Shown: one piece after another, positions 1-12,559 of the stretch
Layout: each line of letters begins with the position of its first letter
Numbering within the stretch: the first letter of the stretch is position 1
Assembly: GCA_051453625.1 (NCBI GenBank)
Contig: JBOZIK010000001.1
Location: forward strand, 33,012,030 to 33,075,929
Source: Welwitschia mirabilis
Lineage: Eukaryota
Direction: 5' to 3'
DNA length: 63,900 nucleotides
Program-made: the position numbers and the translations under genes
The notes under the pieces: generated by a model
Seen by the model: the letters and a program-made list of their open reading frames with translations, nothing else
Database searches by the model: none
Told to the model about the DNA's origin: nothing

Positions 1-2228
1 TTTCTTCCCTCCTATTGGCGTAGACTAAGAGAAGGAAGAGAGTTAAGGGACTTATTAACATGTTTAGCTTCTATGTGTCTAATGGATATTTTGGGTAAGT
101 AACTAAGAGTTTTACTATGATTCTGGGTACCCATTTTTTATTGCATTATGTTATTATTTAAATACATTTTACATCATATCTGCATTAGGGTCTTATTAGG
201 GTGAATGAGTTTGATCCTTAAGAATCTATTTAGGCTAGGCACTTCTTCTCAAAAAAATTCTAAGTCTTATGGTATTGATGTATTATTTATTATAAATTTA
301 TAGTAATTATAATTATGTTTATTTATTTATAATACAATTCATGGCCATTAATTAATTTTATTTCTATAAACTAATATGATTTATCTTATGCTTAATTTAG
401 TTTAAGTTTATTCTTTATTCTTTTTAAGTCAAGTAATTTAAGAAAGTCGTAACTCATTTAATACTAAGTAAAACTTTATGAAAGTTTTTGAGTAGGTTTA
501 TAATTATGTTATAAAGTTAAAAGTTTTAAAATGGTAATTTTTCTAGGGCTAAAATAATTTTTAAAATTTATTTTATAAACATATCTTAGAATTTATAAGC
601 AGAAAATACTAAGCATAAAGTTCTAATTTTCAGAATTTATAGAGAGCTCTAGTAAGACTGGAGTAGTCCATGTTATAGATAAGTGAATAATATTGCCAAT
701 CATTGAAAAAAACTAAGTATATTAAAAGTTATTGCCATTTTAGTGAAGGGTACTAGTTTAAAACTTAGCAAGTTCTTATAGTTAAAAGTTTGAGTTCATA
801 AAATATATCTAGGCTATTTTAAACTTATTAAGATTAGGTTTTAGAAATAGTATAATGATTCTAGTTTAAGTAAATTAAGTCTATTTTATTTTTACATTTT
901 TAAATAATTAAAATTTTTAGTTTTAATATCGTCTAAAAGGTAAGAAAATGTGTAATTAATTTTAATAATTATAAAAATTATCTAATGGAAGTACCAAATT
1001 ACATTTTATTGAATTTTAGGCTTTTATTCTTTCCTTTCATGCATAAACATTACTGATGTTAACTTAATGATTCTAGAGATGTATTGCCTAATTAATTAGC
1101 TTCATTAATATTTCTTTATGATATGCATATATTTTACCTAGTTATATTTTTATGTAGACACTTAGCAATGATAAAAGGAATTTTCAAGTTGGATTAGTTT
1201 CATAAATGAAGCATGTTTTTGTAATAGAACTTGGATCTATAATTGTGTCTTCTTTGAAAGAATCACTATAATTTAGAAAAATAAAGAGATATTTTCTTTC
1301 ATTTGTTTTCATTCCTAAACTTTGAAAAATGTATGATTTTCTTTTATGGAAAACCAAAAAGATGCTTGTACATTATATTTTTTTTTTGTATGATTATTTT
1401 CTTAAAACAAATCTAATGATGATTAAAATTATTTTTATTCGGTAAACAATCCACTAAATATTCACATATTGTATGATTGCATTTGTATAGTGTAATCATT
1501 CAACTAACCAAGATAATCTTAATAATTATTCATCCCAATACTTGGATTTCATGACCAAGGTGGATTGCATTATACTTTTATTTCCAAACCCTTCTAGAAG
1601 TGGATTTGATCACCACTATTTTTCCCTACCCATGCATGGACTTACTCCAACTTAATATATTGAGCCCTTAGTATCAAAGGATCATGTTGCATCATCCTAC
1701 GATGCTTTAAGGAAGTGGTGGTCACTTTTAAGCATGTATCCACCTCATGTACAATCTGTCACCTATACTGAAGTATATCAAGTTAAAGTCTAAGCCTATG
1801 GAGTTAAGCCCAGCCATATTTGTATAGTTTATAACTTGAAGTAGAACCCACTCACGTTTGGAGGGTAGGGATCGAGTTAGAATTCCATTAATAGGAGATT
1901 CAACCTCCTATTATATTAGTTAGGTACTATCCTAAAAGGTATCCATTATATGTGATAAAACAAGTTAACATTCCATCATCTTCATACAAGGTATTTTGTG
2001 TGACAAAAACAAATTTAAAAATAAATACAGAACACAATTTTGACATCGTTATTGTATGCAAACCAAAAGGGTCTATAATTAAGTAATAATTATGTTGTCT
2101 AATTATTTTAAATCTTATAATGTGTTAAGAGAGTCTAAATAGGATTTAGTCCTAGGTTCTATTATACATGTTAGTTAATAATACTTTTAAAAAAAGGTTA
2201 ATTAGGGTAATTAAAGTAGGATGTTATA
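1..2228 (+). mobile_element. 3' portion of a Tekay/Del-type Gypsy LTR (3' or solo LTR, start outside window)
   Basis: Colinear with LTR sequence at 47770-47900, 50620-51020 and 60725-61325 (e.g. CCAAGGTGGATTGCAT, ATGTATCCACCTCA, GTTTATAAC..AAGTAGAA). Ends ...AAGTAGGATGTTATA at 2228; the gap duplicate reads GGATGTTACA ending at 3469. No PBS follows. Confidence 0.75.
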
Positions 2229-5190
2229 ATACCCATGATCATTCTCTCCATAGGAATAATTATGATGTCTTAACATAATTTGTTACTTTTCTTGTAGTTA
2301 TAGTTAAAGAAATAAGAAAATGGAAAGTTTAAGAAATGTGTTGAAACTTTATCTAAATAGGTAGAAAAGTAAACTAGCTCTAAGGTTCAAATCAATTTAT
2401 CCTTTAATTGTTCTTTAGTTAAAAGATGTTTTAGAAATTCTNNNNNNNNNNNNNNNNNNNNNNNNNNNNNNNNNNNNNNNNNNNNNNNNNNNNNNNNNNN
2501 NNNNNNNNNNNNNNNNNNNNNNNNNNNNNNNNNNNNNNNNNNNNNNNNNNNNNNNNNNNNNNNNNNNNNNNNNNNNNNNNNNNNNNNNNNNNNNNNNNNN
2601 NNNNNNNNNNNNNNNNNNNNNNNNNNNNNNNNNNNNNNNNNNNNNNNNNNNNNNNNNNNNNNNNNNNNNNNNNNNNNNNNNNNNNNNNNNNNNNNNNNNN
2701 NNNNNNNNNNNNNNNNNNNNNNNNNNNNNNNNNNNNNNNNNNNNNNNNNNNNNNNNNNNNNNNNNNNNNNNNNNNNNNNNNNNNNNNNNNNNNNNNNNNN
2801 NNNNNNNNNNNNNNNNNNNNNNNNNNNNNNNNNNNNNNNNNNNNNNNNNNNNNNNNNNNNNNNNNNNNNNNNNNNNNNNNNNNNNNNNNNNNNNNNNNNN
2901 NNNNNNNNNNNNNNNNNNNNNNNNNNNNNNNNNNNNNNNNNNNNNNNNNNNNNNNNNNNNNNNNNNNNNNNNNNNNNNNNNNNNNNNNNNNNNNNNNNNN
3001 NNNNNNNNNNNNNNNNNNNNNNNNNNNNNNNNNNNNNNNNNNNNNNNNNNNNNNNNNNNNNNNNNNNNNNNNNNNNNNNNNNNNNNNNNNNNNNNNNNNN
3101 NNNNNNNNNNNNNNNNNNNNNNNNNNNNNNNNNNNNNNNNNNNNNNNNNNNNNNNNNNNNNNNNNNNNNNNNNNNNNNNNNNNNNNNNNNNNNNNNNNNN
3201 NNNNNNNNNNNNNNNNNNNNNNNNNNNNNNNNNNNNNNNNNNNNNNNNNNNNNNNNNNNNNNNNNNNNNNNNNNNNNNNNNNNNNNNNNNNNNNNNNNNN
3301 NNNNNNNNNNNNNNNNNNNNNNNAAGTAATAATTATATTTTCTAATTATTTTAAATCTTATAACGTGTTAAGAGAGTCTAAATAGGATTTAGTCTTAGGT
3401 TCTTTTATGCATGTTAGTTAATAATACTTTAAAAAAGGTTAATTAGGATAATTAAAGTAGGATGTTACAATACCCATAATCATTCTCTCCATAGGAATAA
3501 TTGTGATGTCTTAACATAATTTGTACATGATTTTACTTTTCTTATAGTTATAGTTAAAGAAAGAATAAAATGGAAAGTTTGATAAATGTGTTGAAACTTC
3601 ATCTAAATAGGTAGGAAAGTAAATTAGCTCTAAGGTTTAACTCAATTTATCCTTTAATTGTTCTTCAATTAAAATATGTTTTAGGAATTCTTGAAATAAA
3701 CTTAAACTATCAAGTAATAATGGCTTGGGTTATGGTGACATAATTTCATTTATCATATAAATATCAATAAACTTAACAATTACTTTGTCCTTTACATTCC
3801 TTAAATAGAAATGGAAATTAAGGACTTTAAGTAATTAAAATATATTAAATAGAAGAAACTTAAACCAACTAAATATGGAATTCACTACAATAATAATGAA
3901 TCTTAATACTAGAGTTATTACTTAAGATTTATAAGTTTAAAGTTATTTGTTAACTTAAAATTGAAAGGAAAAAAACTACTTATATTAAATCAAAAAGACA
4001 CATTTCATCAATGGAAGAAGGAAGATGATAAGAACTCATCAAGCTATCCTTAAAACAAGCCTACTTCTAAAGATAGTACTCAAAAAGCCATATTAACTAA
4101 ATGCTCCAAAGGTTCTANNNNNNNNNNNNNNNNNNNNNNNNNNNNNNNNNNNNNNNNNNNNNNNNNNNNNNNNNNNNNNNNNNNNNNNNNNNNNNNNNNN
4201 NNNNNNNNNNNNNNNNNAAAATTAAGGACTTCAAGTAATTAAAATATATCAAATAGAATATAAACCAACTAAATATGGAATTCACTAAAATAATAATGAA
4301 TCTTGATACTAGAGTTATTAATTAAGCGTTACAACTTTAAAGTTATTTGTTAATTTAAAATTAAAAGGGAAAAACTACTTGTATTAAATAAAAAATATAC
4401 ATTTCATCAATGGAAGAAGAAAGATGATAAGAACTCATTAAGCTATTCTTAAAACAATCCTACTCCTAAAGAGAGTACTCAAAAAGCCATATCAACTAAA
4501 TGATCCAAAGGTTCTACTACTTCTCTAAAATAAAAAATGTTATAAATGAGGGCTTAAGGTCCTTTTATAGGTTAGTATGAAATGGAGGTGATTGCCAGCC
4601 TTTGTCTTAGAGTGTTAAGTGAGTGACTATAAAATAGATCATGTAGCATTAGTTAGGATATTTGTCATCTTGCATTAGGTAAAAATCATCATGACAAGTT
4701 TAAAACTTAGCTTTTAGATGCTACTACTTTTATCAATTAATGATGTTATCATGTGTTTTTCACATCATCCCACTCATCGTTATCACATGTTGCTACTACA
4801 TGTCATCTTGATTATCATCATGTGTTATTAATGATGCTAGTTGTTTCTAAGGTAAAATTTGATTAAGACCATAATTGCATTTAGCTGAATTTTCCATGAT
4901 AAGTTCAAAATGTAATAATTAAAGTGTTTTTGCATAGAGAGACTAATGGTGCTAATGACCTAGATGTTAACACCAGTGTTTGAGGCTAAATACTGCTCAT
5001 CTTTTACAATGTCTTTTTGAATGAGATTATTATCATAAAAATGTCATAGAAAGATGATAAGTCCATGATTATCATTAAAAAAATAGAAGATATAATTTCA
5101 TGATAAATAAGTTATTTTAATGTCTTTTATTAAGCCAAATTAATTAAATAACTTGATTAGAAGGTAAATTTTTACATGTTAAGAGGTACA
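2229..5190 (-). repeat. LTR-like repeat family X, copy 1 (truncated by the Tekay LTR, inflated by gap duplicates)
   Basis: Reverse complement matches 25527-26850: 4541-4571 rc CCTATAAAAGGACCTTAAGCCCTCATTTATA vs ~26130 CCTATAAAATGGGCTTAAACCCTCATTTATA, and 3720-3760 vs 26550-26595. Minus-strand start is TGTACCTCTTAACATGT at 5190. Confidence 0.65.
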
Positions 5191-7177
5191 ATAAACTAGA
5201 TGAAAACCAAACCAAGAATAACGCCTTTACATGTTAATGGAAAACATTTGAATCTTTTGCCATCAATGTATAAATTATCTGAGGAGAAGATAGAGATACT
5301 TTTATAGACATTGTAGAATGTTAAAGTACCTTTGAGATATTTGTTAGATACATCAAATCCCATTGATGCTAAATAATGTAAAGTAAGTAGTCTTAAAATC
5401 TATGATTGTCATATCATCATGCAATACCTACTTACTCTATAAATTCATAATGTTATTTTAAATAATGTTTGTCAAACTATGATCAAACTAATCCTTGTAG
5501 TTATACTATGGGACCATAAGATTTTTTTAAGATTCATAGTTAAATAGTGTAAACAGTGCATAATTTGGAGCATTCATTTCCTCCTCTTTTCCTTGAAATT
5601 ATGATGCACTTACCTATCCATCTTGTGTAAGAGTAAAGGCTATGTAATTTACTATNNNNNNNNNNNNNNNNNNNNNNNNNNNNNNNNNNNNNNNNNNNNN
5701 NNNNNNNNNNNNNNNNNNNNNNNNNNNNNNNNNNNNNNNNNNNNNNNNNNNNNNNGAAAGATGATAAGTCCATGATTATCATTAAAAACAAATAGAAGAC
5801 ATAAGTTCATGATAAATAAATTATTTTAATATCTTCTATTAAGTCAAATTAATTAAATAACTTGATTAGAAGGTTAATTTTTTCATGTTAAGAGGTACAA
5901 TAAGCTAGATGAAAACCAAACCAAGCATAACACCTTTACATGTTAATGGAAAATATTTGAAGCTTTTGCCATCAATGTATAAATTATCTAATGAGGAGAT
6001 AGAGAGAATTTTATAGACATTGTAGAATGTTAAACTACCTTTGAAATATTTGTTAAACACATCAAATCCCATTGATGCTAAAGAATTTAAAGTAAGTAGT
6101 CTTAAAATCCATGATTATCATATTATCATGCAATACCTACTTACTCTATAAATTCACAATGTTCTATTAAAGAATGTTTGTCAAACTATGATCAAACTAA
6201 TTATTGTATTTATAATATGGGACCATAAAATTTTTTAAGATTAATAGCTAAATAGTGTAAACCTTGCATAATTTGGAGCATTCATTTCCTCCTTTTTTCC
6301 TTGAAATTATGATGCACTTCCCTATCCATCTTATGTAAAAGTAAAGGCTATGCAATTTACTATAATATATGTGGATGTATTCCTATGAGGGATAAACTAT
6401 CATCATTTATTTAAATAATAAGATTTAAATTCTAAGTTATCTTTCTAATAATAAACATTATTGAACTAGTTCTTACATGTGCTAAAGGAATATGTAAGAA
6501 ATCAAGAATGTCTATAAAGTTACATTGTTGAATGCTATACTGCAGAAAGTGTGATAATGTTTTGTTGAAAATACATAACTAGCTTGAACACATTTGAAAG
6601 TGTGTTAACTTATTATCAAATGAATGTTAAGGACATAAGTAAGTTACTCAAACTTAGAGAAAAGAATAGCATGATAGGTAAGGCCATCGTTACAAAAACA
6701 CATATCATTCTGAATAGAGTACACAATGAGGAGTAAATAGATTAAGCATATTTTATTCCTAAATTATTCCTACCCTTTAATCTATAGTTATATATTAATA
6801 TAATGATGCTTAACTTGTTAATTAGATTGCATAAAAAATAGCTAAATGATGTAGTTAGAGTAAGAGGTACAAAACCTTGATTGTAAGCAATTTAAGAGAG
6901 GCACTTTAAGAAGTTCTTATAATGGTCCAAATAGAAGGTATATGTCATACAAAAATTATGTGATTATTAAAATAATTGTATGTAATATATTTTAAAAGGA
7001 AATAATAAAAATAATAGCATTTTTATCATTTTCTCTTTAGGTTAGAAGAGAAAGGACGATCAATTATGAATCCATTGATAATGACTTATTCTTCCTTCTT
7101 AGTATTATTCCTTTTCATGGAATGACTAAATAGTGTAATGGCATATAGCATTTACAGAGTTAATGGCTATATTTTTT
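5191..7177 (+). pseudogene. CACTA (En/Spm) TnpD-type transposase relic, DUF4218 region, part 1
   Basis: Decayed translations: LLPSMYKLSEE..NVKVPLRY..LKIYDCHIIMQYLL; VCNLEHSFPPLFLEIMMHLPIHLV; WMYSYE; VLKEYVRNQ..YIVECYTAE..MFC; final AYSIYRVNGYIF. These match CACTA motifs LKSHDCH, FPPSFFDIMVHL and YVRNxARPEG. 5048-5655 is duplicated at 5756-6363. Confidence 0.85.
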
Positions 7178-7993
7178 TGATAATTTATCAGTTATAAAAT
7201 ATTTAATCTTAAAGTTATTAAATTATATTATATTTACTAAAGATGTGCAAGTTCATTAATCAATTTAATAACTGAATATATAAAAGTAATAATAAAAAGG
7301 AAAGGAAAAGCAACAAGTGATGAGTAGGAAGTACTTACATTATAACAACTAGTAATTGCATCTAAAGAAGTGGAGTCTATTATTTAATTAACTTTCTGTA
7401 TAAAAAGAGGAGAAAAAGGAAGATGATGATGTTATTGGTTTTCAAAAATACATTGTTAAAAAAGATTTTAGAAAAGGAAGAAGATCCAAAAAGAATAGCT
7501 AAAAAAAGCTAAAATTCTATCTGCATGTATCCCACACAGGTAGTAATACTTTTTATTAAGTTTATTAAAATTCAATTATATTATGATTTTTATGAAAATT
7601 GAAAAGAGTTTATGTTTTTTCCCCTACTCTTAGTATCAGTTCAATTAGAGAGTTAATATTAAGAATTTTGCTTTGCTTACAAATAAATGATGCATGTTTT
7701 ATCTAGTGATCCTTATGCTTAATTCCTTCCTCCATAATTATCTATATGTATATAAGTTTTTGAATAAATCAGAACACAGTTTTAGAAAAAATAGTAATTC
7801 TTGACAAAGAAAGTGTTCTGATGAATAGAAGGATTGGAGTCCTTAAAAACCTTAGGATAAACTTGAACAACTTATTTTTTGCATAATTTAATCTATGCAT
7901 GATAGTTACTGTTTGCTATTTCTAGTTTTTTATTAGAATATTTTAATATTTTCTTTCTTTTTAGTTTTTAGTTGCATAAAATTAGACTTATCA
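7178..7993 (+). repeat. 5' LTR of Athila-like element 1
   Basis: Starts TGATAATTTATC and ends GACTTATCA. TATA-like TATAAAAAGAGG near 7399. Homologous to 8950-9755 and 23165-23991. Confidence 0.85.
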
Positions 7994-7996
7994 TTT

Positions 7997-8013
7997 TGAC
8001 ATTAGAAGAAGAG
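7997..8013 (+). promoter_or_regulatory. Degenerate primer-binding site, tRNA-Asn type
   Basis: TGACATTAGAAGAAGAG lies 3 nt after the LTR end. It differs from TGGCGCTAGAAGGAGGG (complement of plant tRNA-Asn 3' end, from memory) only by G>A and C>T transitions. A more decayed copy is at 9759-9774. Confidence 0.6.
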
Positions 8014-8949
8014 CATTCTAACACCTTTGTAAGAATCACCATGATGAAGAATTTGTTAATAAAAAGTAGACAAAAAATATTAAAATATAAAAAAATTAAT
8101 ATATGTTTAAAACCTTGAAAAATATAAATTGAATGAAGAGGCTGACACTATAGTTTAGATAATAATATGTACTTATGATCTCATAGAAGATATAAAAACC
8201 TTGAGGATGAACAAAGAGAAGCTATAAGAAAACTTGACTTGCTAGTTCAAGGCCCAATCATAAAGAAAACATCTACCTTGATTAGAGGACTATATTAGGA
8301 TTAATAGGAACTAATGGACTCTACAACTTTAAGCATTTCTTACTACTCTGAACCTTGAAGACCCTTCTATTTTAGAAACTCTAAAGAAAATTAGAAATAA
8401 AACTACTACTAATATTCCCATCTTTAAGGGAAACAAATGATTAGTGGCAATGTTATACTTGAGTCTTTTTTATTCTTTCTATAGAGCCAACTATTTAAAA
8501 ACTAAATATGTTTTTTTAAGGCATTTTTCATTTTCATTATAAAAAGATGCTTAATTATGATTTCATAGGTTTATAAATCATACTTTTAAAACTTTAAATG
8601 ACCTTAAGATAGTGTTTGTAGGTAAATATCAACTTATAAGGATTCTTCAAAACTTCAAAAATCAAATTTAACATTAAAAAAAAAAGAGAATGAAAGATTT
8701 GATGAGTTCATGGATNNNNNNNNNNNNNNNNNNNNNNNNNNNNNNNNNNNNNNNNNNNNNNNNNNNNNNNNNNNNNNNNNNNNNNNNNNNNNNNNNNNNN
8801 NNNNNNNNNNNNNNNTTATTAAATAACAATATATAAATTCACATAATGAAGATTGACAAAAATATTACATATGTGTCAAAATGATTGCACTTTTTATAAC
8901 CTAAGAAAATCATAAACATACTAATGGCAAATATAAATGTTGTCAACTT

Positions 8950-9755
8950 TGATAAGTCATTAATTATAGAATATTTAATCCTAAATTTATTAAAATGTTA
9001 TTATATTTACTAGACATGTACAAGTTAATTAATCAATTTGATAATTAAATGTGCAAAAATAATAACATAAAAAAAAGAGAAAGTAAAAAGTGGTGGCTGG
9101 GAGGTAGTTACGTTACAATAGTTGGAGGTGGAGCCTAAGGAAATGGAGTGTATTCTTCAATTGAATCCTTCTATAAAGAGAGGGAAAAAATTGAAAACAT
9201 GGATTTTTCAGTTTCCAAAAATACACTTTTAAAAGAGATATTGAAATAGGAAGAAAATCTAGAGATAATACTTGAAAAGTAAACTTTTATCTACTTGTAT
9301 CTTGAGAAAGTAGTGACACTTTTTATTAAGTTGATTAAAATATAATTATGATAGGGTTTTCATAAAATATAAAAAAAGTTCATGTTTCTTTTCTACAAAC
9401 TTAGTATTAATTTAACTAGAGAGTTAATATTAAGATTTTGCATTTCTTAAAAATATATAGTTCATGTTTTATCTAGTAATCTTCATGCTTAATTCCTTTC
9501 ATCCATAGTTTTATATATGTATATATTTACTTAAATAAAATAGCATGTAGTTTTGTTAAAAATTATAGTTCTTAACAAAGAAAGTGTCTTGATAAATAAA
9601 GGAATTGCAGTCTTTAGAAATCTTATAATAAATATTAATGATTTATTTTATGCATGATTTAAGTATGTATGTGGTAGTTATAGCATGCTATTTTCAGTTT
9701 TTTATCTAAATATTTTTTTTCAAAAGTTTTAAGTTATAGAAAACCAGACTTGTCA
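8950..9755 (+). repeat. Additional LTR of the element-1 family, followed by PBS and internal leader
   Basis: TGATAAGTCATT...CAGACTTGTCA is colinear with 7178-7993. Downstream 9756-9925 plus 12326-12890 parallels 7994-8715. Confidence 0.8.
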
Positions 9756-9934
9756 TTTTGATACTAAAAGAGGACCTCTATGATTTTTTCATGGATTAAT
9801 ATGATGAGGATTTTGTTAATAAATAATAGACAAGAAAAATGGAGAGATAAGAAAGAAAGATATGTCCAAAACCCTAAAAAATGTAAGTTGGATGATGAAA
9901 CTAATACCACAGTTCAAGTAATAGTACTAGAACG

Positions 9935-12325
9935 ATGAAACCAAACTTGACTCTCTAGATGGTTATAGGATAAAGATGAATTAATTCTATTGAAATCTAT
10001 TGGGAGCCTCTTTAGAATGTGTTTAATTCAAAGGCATATAATTAAGAATGGTGCTAGAGTTTTTGAAGAGCAATGCATTCAACTTCATACTCCAATCACC
10101 AGTCAAGAGCTCTCTTAGGCTCTTCATATATTTTAGATGATAAGGTCCTAGGGCTAAATGGTTTATCATCTACATTATTCAAGATGACATGGTCTATTCT
10201 TGGGGAAGACCTAGTGCAATCTACAACAAATTACTTTGTATCTGGGAGAACGCTTAGAATAGTAAACTCTACTACTTTAATCTTGATTCCTAAAACTTCA
10301 TGTCCTAGATTAGCCTCTGAATTTAGACCAACAGCTTGCTATAATGTGATTTATAAGTGTATTACAAACATCCTAACTATCAAGCTCAAGAAGGTTATTA
10401 ATGGCTTAGTAGATAAACAGCAAGATGCCTTTATCAAGGGGAGAAGTATTACTTAGAACATTCTCTTTACACAAGAACTAGTTCATAACTATGGTTGAAA
10501 GATCATTAGACCATGATGTACTATCAAAGTTAACTTAAAAAAGACATATCACTCTTTGAAGTGGTCTTTCATAGAGGAGATTCTCATTGAACTTGGTTTT
10601 CCACACAAGTTTAGAGGTTGAACAATAAATTGTATTAAGACTGCAAGGTACTCCATACTATTTAATGGTGAACTCTGTGAATATTTTAAAGGGAGAAGGG
10701 TAATTAGACAAGAAGACCTAATGTATTCTTATCTATTTACTTTAGAAATGGATGATATCTCTATAACTCTTCATACTTACATAGCCATAGGGAGATTCAG
10801 ATATCATCCAAAGTGTAGAAACACATCTTTATCTTACTTGATGTATGCAAATGACTTACTATTCTTATACAAGAGGGAGATGGCATTAATTAAGATCATC
10901 GAGGAGGTTTTGGATCACTTTATATTAATTTTTAAATTAAAGGTAAATATCATTAAGTCTTGGATCTATTTTATTGGCTTATCTATAGTGGAGAAAGTCT
11001 AGTTCCTATAGGTCTTATAGTTCAGTAAGGGTGAGCTACTTTTTAAGTAGTTGGAAGTACCAATAATTACTAAATCATTATCAGTTAGTGAATACTTGCC
11101 TCTGATAGAAAAAGTGATAGGAATATTACATTATTAGATAAACAAATTTCTATTACACATTGAAATAATGGAATTGATTAAGTTTATTCTCTAAAGTATT
11201 TACATGTATTGATGCCAAGTTTTTGTTCTTCCTAAAAATGTTATCAAACCTATAAAGAGGTTATGTAGATTTTTCTATGGTTGGAAAAGGAAAAGTCTAA
11301 GAAATCAAGGATTGCATGGAGTACTATTTGTATCCAATATATAGTGGTGATTTGGGAATAAAGGACCTTATTTCATATAATAAGGCCCTAATTTAAACAT
11401 TTTTTGGGTAGTGTCTTTGAAACAAGATACATTATGGGTGATATGGATTCATGAGGTCTACCTTAAGTAGCATCAAGAATGAAATATTTTAATTAAAACC
11501 TCTTTCAAATGTTGCTTTAAGAAGGTCATTAAATTGAGGGAAGTATCTACTTCATGTGTTGATAGGACTAGTGAATAGACTAAATGGAAAGGAAAGGCTC
11601 CTCCTTTTTTAACATTCAGCACCTACTAGCAAATTTTTATCACACCCCTAAAATTCCCTAAACTTGCTTAATTTGGGAAAGATATGTACAGCCAAGACAT
11701 TCCTTTATTTGCTAGCTAGAAGTGCATAACATATTACTAACTAAGTACATCCTATTGAATTTTGAACTAAATGCGGATGCGATTTGTGTATTATGTGGAG
11801 TAGCAGCTGAAATAAGGGATTACCTATAGTTATCATGTTAGTTTTCCTCTTTCATATGGACTTCAGTGGCTCAGTTCTTAAATTTCAACCCTCATACTAG
11901 TTGAAGTGATGTGGTTGAATGGGTAGTGAATCATCTCACATCTATCACTATGAAAAATATGATAACTAGAGAAATCTTGCTACTACACTATACTACATAT
12001 GGAAGCACAAAACCCAGGTAATATTCAAGTAAGCTCTTTCAAACTCATCCTTCCATTCCCAATAGATCAGCTTTTATTTAAAGACTTAGCTAACCAAAGT
12101 AACTTCAATTGTAATGCCTTAGGTATCTCCCCTAATTTCAAGAAGATATTCAAAATTTCATAGCCATCTATTTTTTGAAGCCATAGGCATAGTTTAAACT
12201 TACAAGATTGTTAGTAGTCTTTTTAGACTATCTAGAGGCCTCACTTTTTTTTTGTAGACTAGTTTATACCTCATTTTCTATACTAGTAATGGATTTTAAA
12301 TTCCTACTAAAAAAAAAAAAAAAAA
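9935..12325 (+). mobile_element. 5'-truncated L1-clade LINE (RT plus zf-RVT relic, poly-A tail)
   Basis: ORF 10073: LIPKTSCPRLASEFRPTACYNVIYKCI..QDAFIKGRSI. ORF 10721: LSYLMYANDLLF (YADD-like). Near 11690-11850: PRHSFIC..CVLCGVAAEIRDYL*LSC. A17 tract at 12309-12325, after which the Gypsy leader resumes. 5' end is approximate. Confidence 0.9.
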
Positions 12326-12559
12326 GGAGATTCCTATGATGTGATAAAAGATATAAAGACCTTAAGGAGGAATCAAGAAGAGTTACTAAAAAAAAAATTA
12401 TCTACTAATATAATCCTAAATAGTAAAGAAGACTTCTACTTTAACTATAGAATTGTATTGGGATGAAGAGAAACTAGTGAATTCTACACTCTTGAGCATT
12501 AATTATTATGCATCCACAACTCCACATCCTATAGATATTTCTAGTTTAAGAACCTCTAA

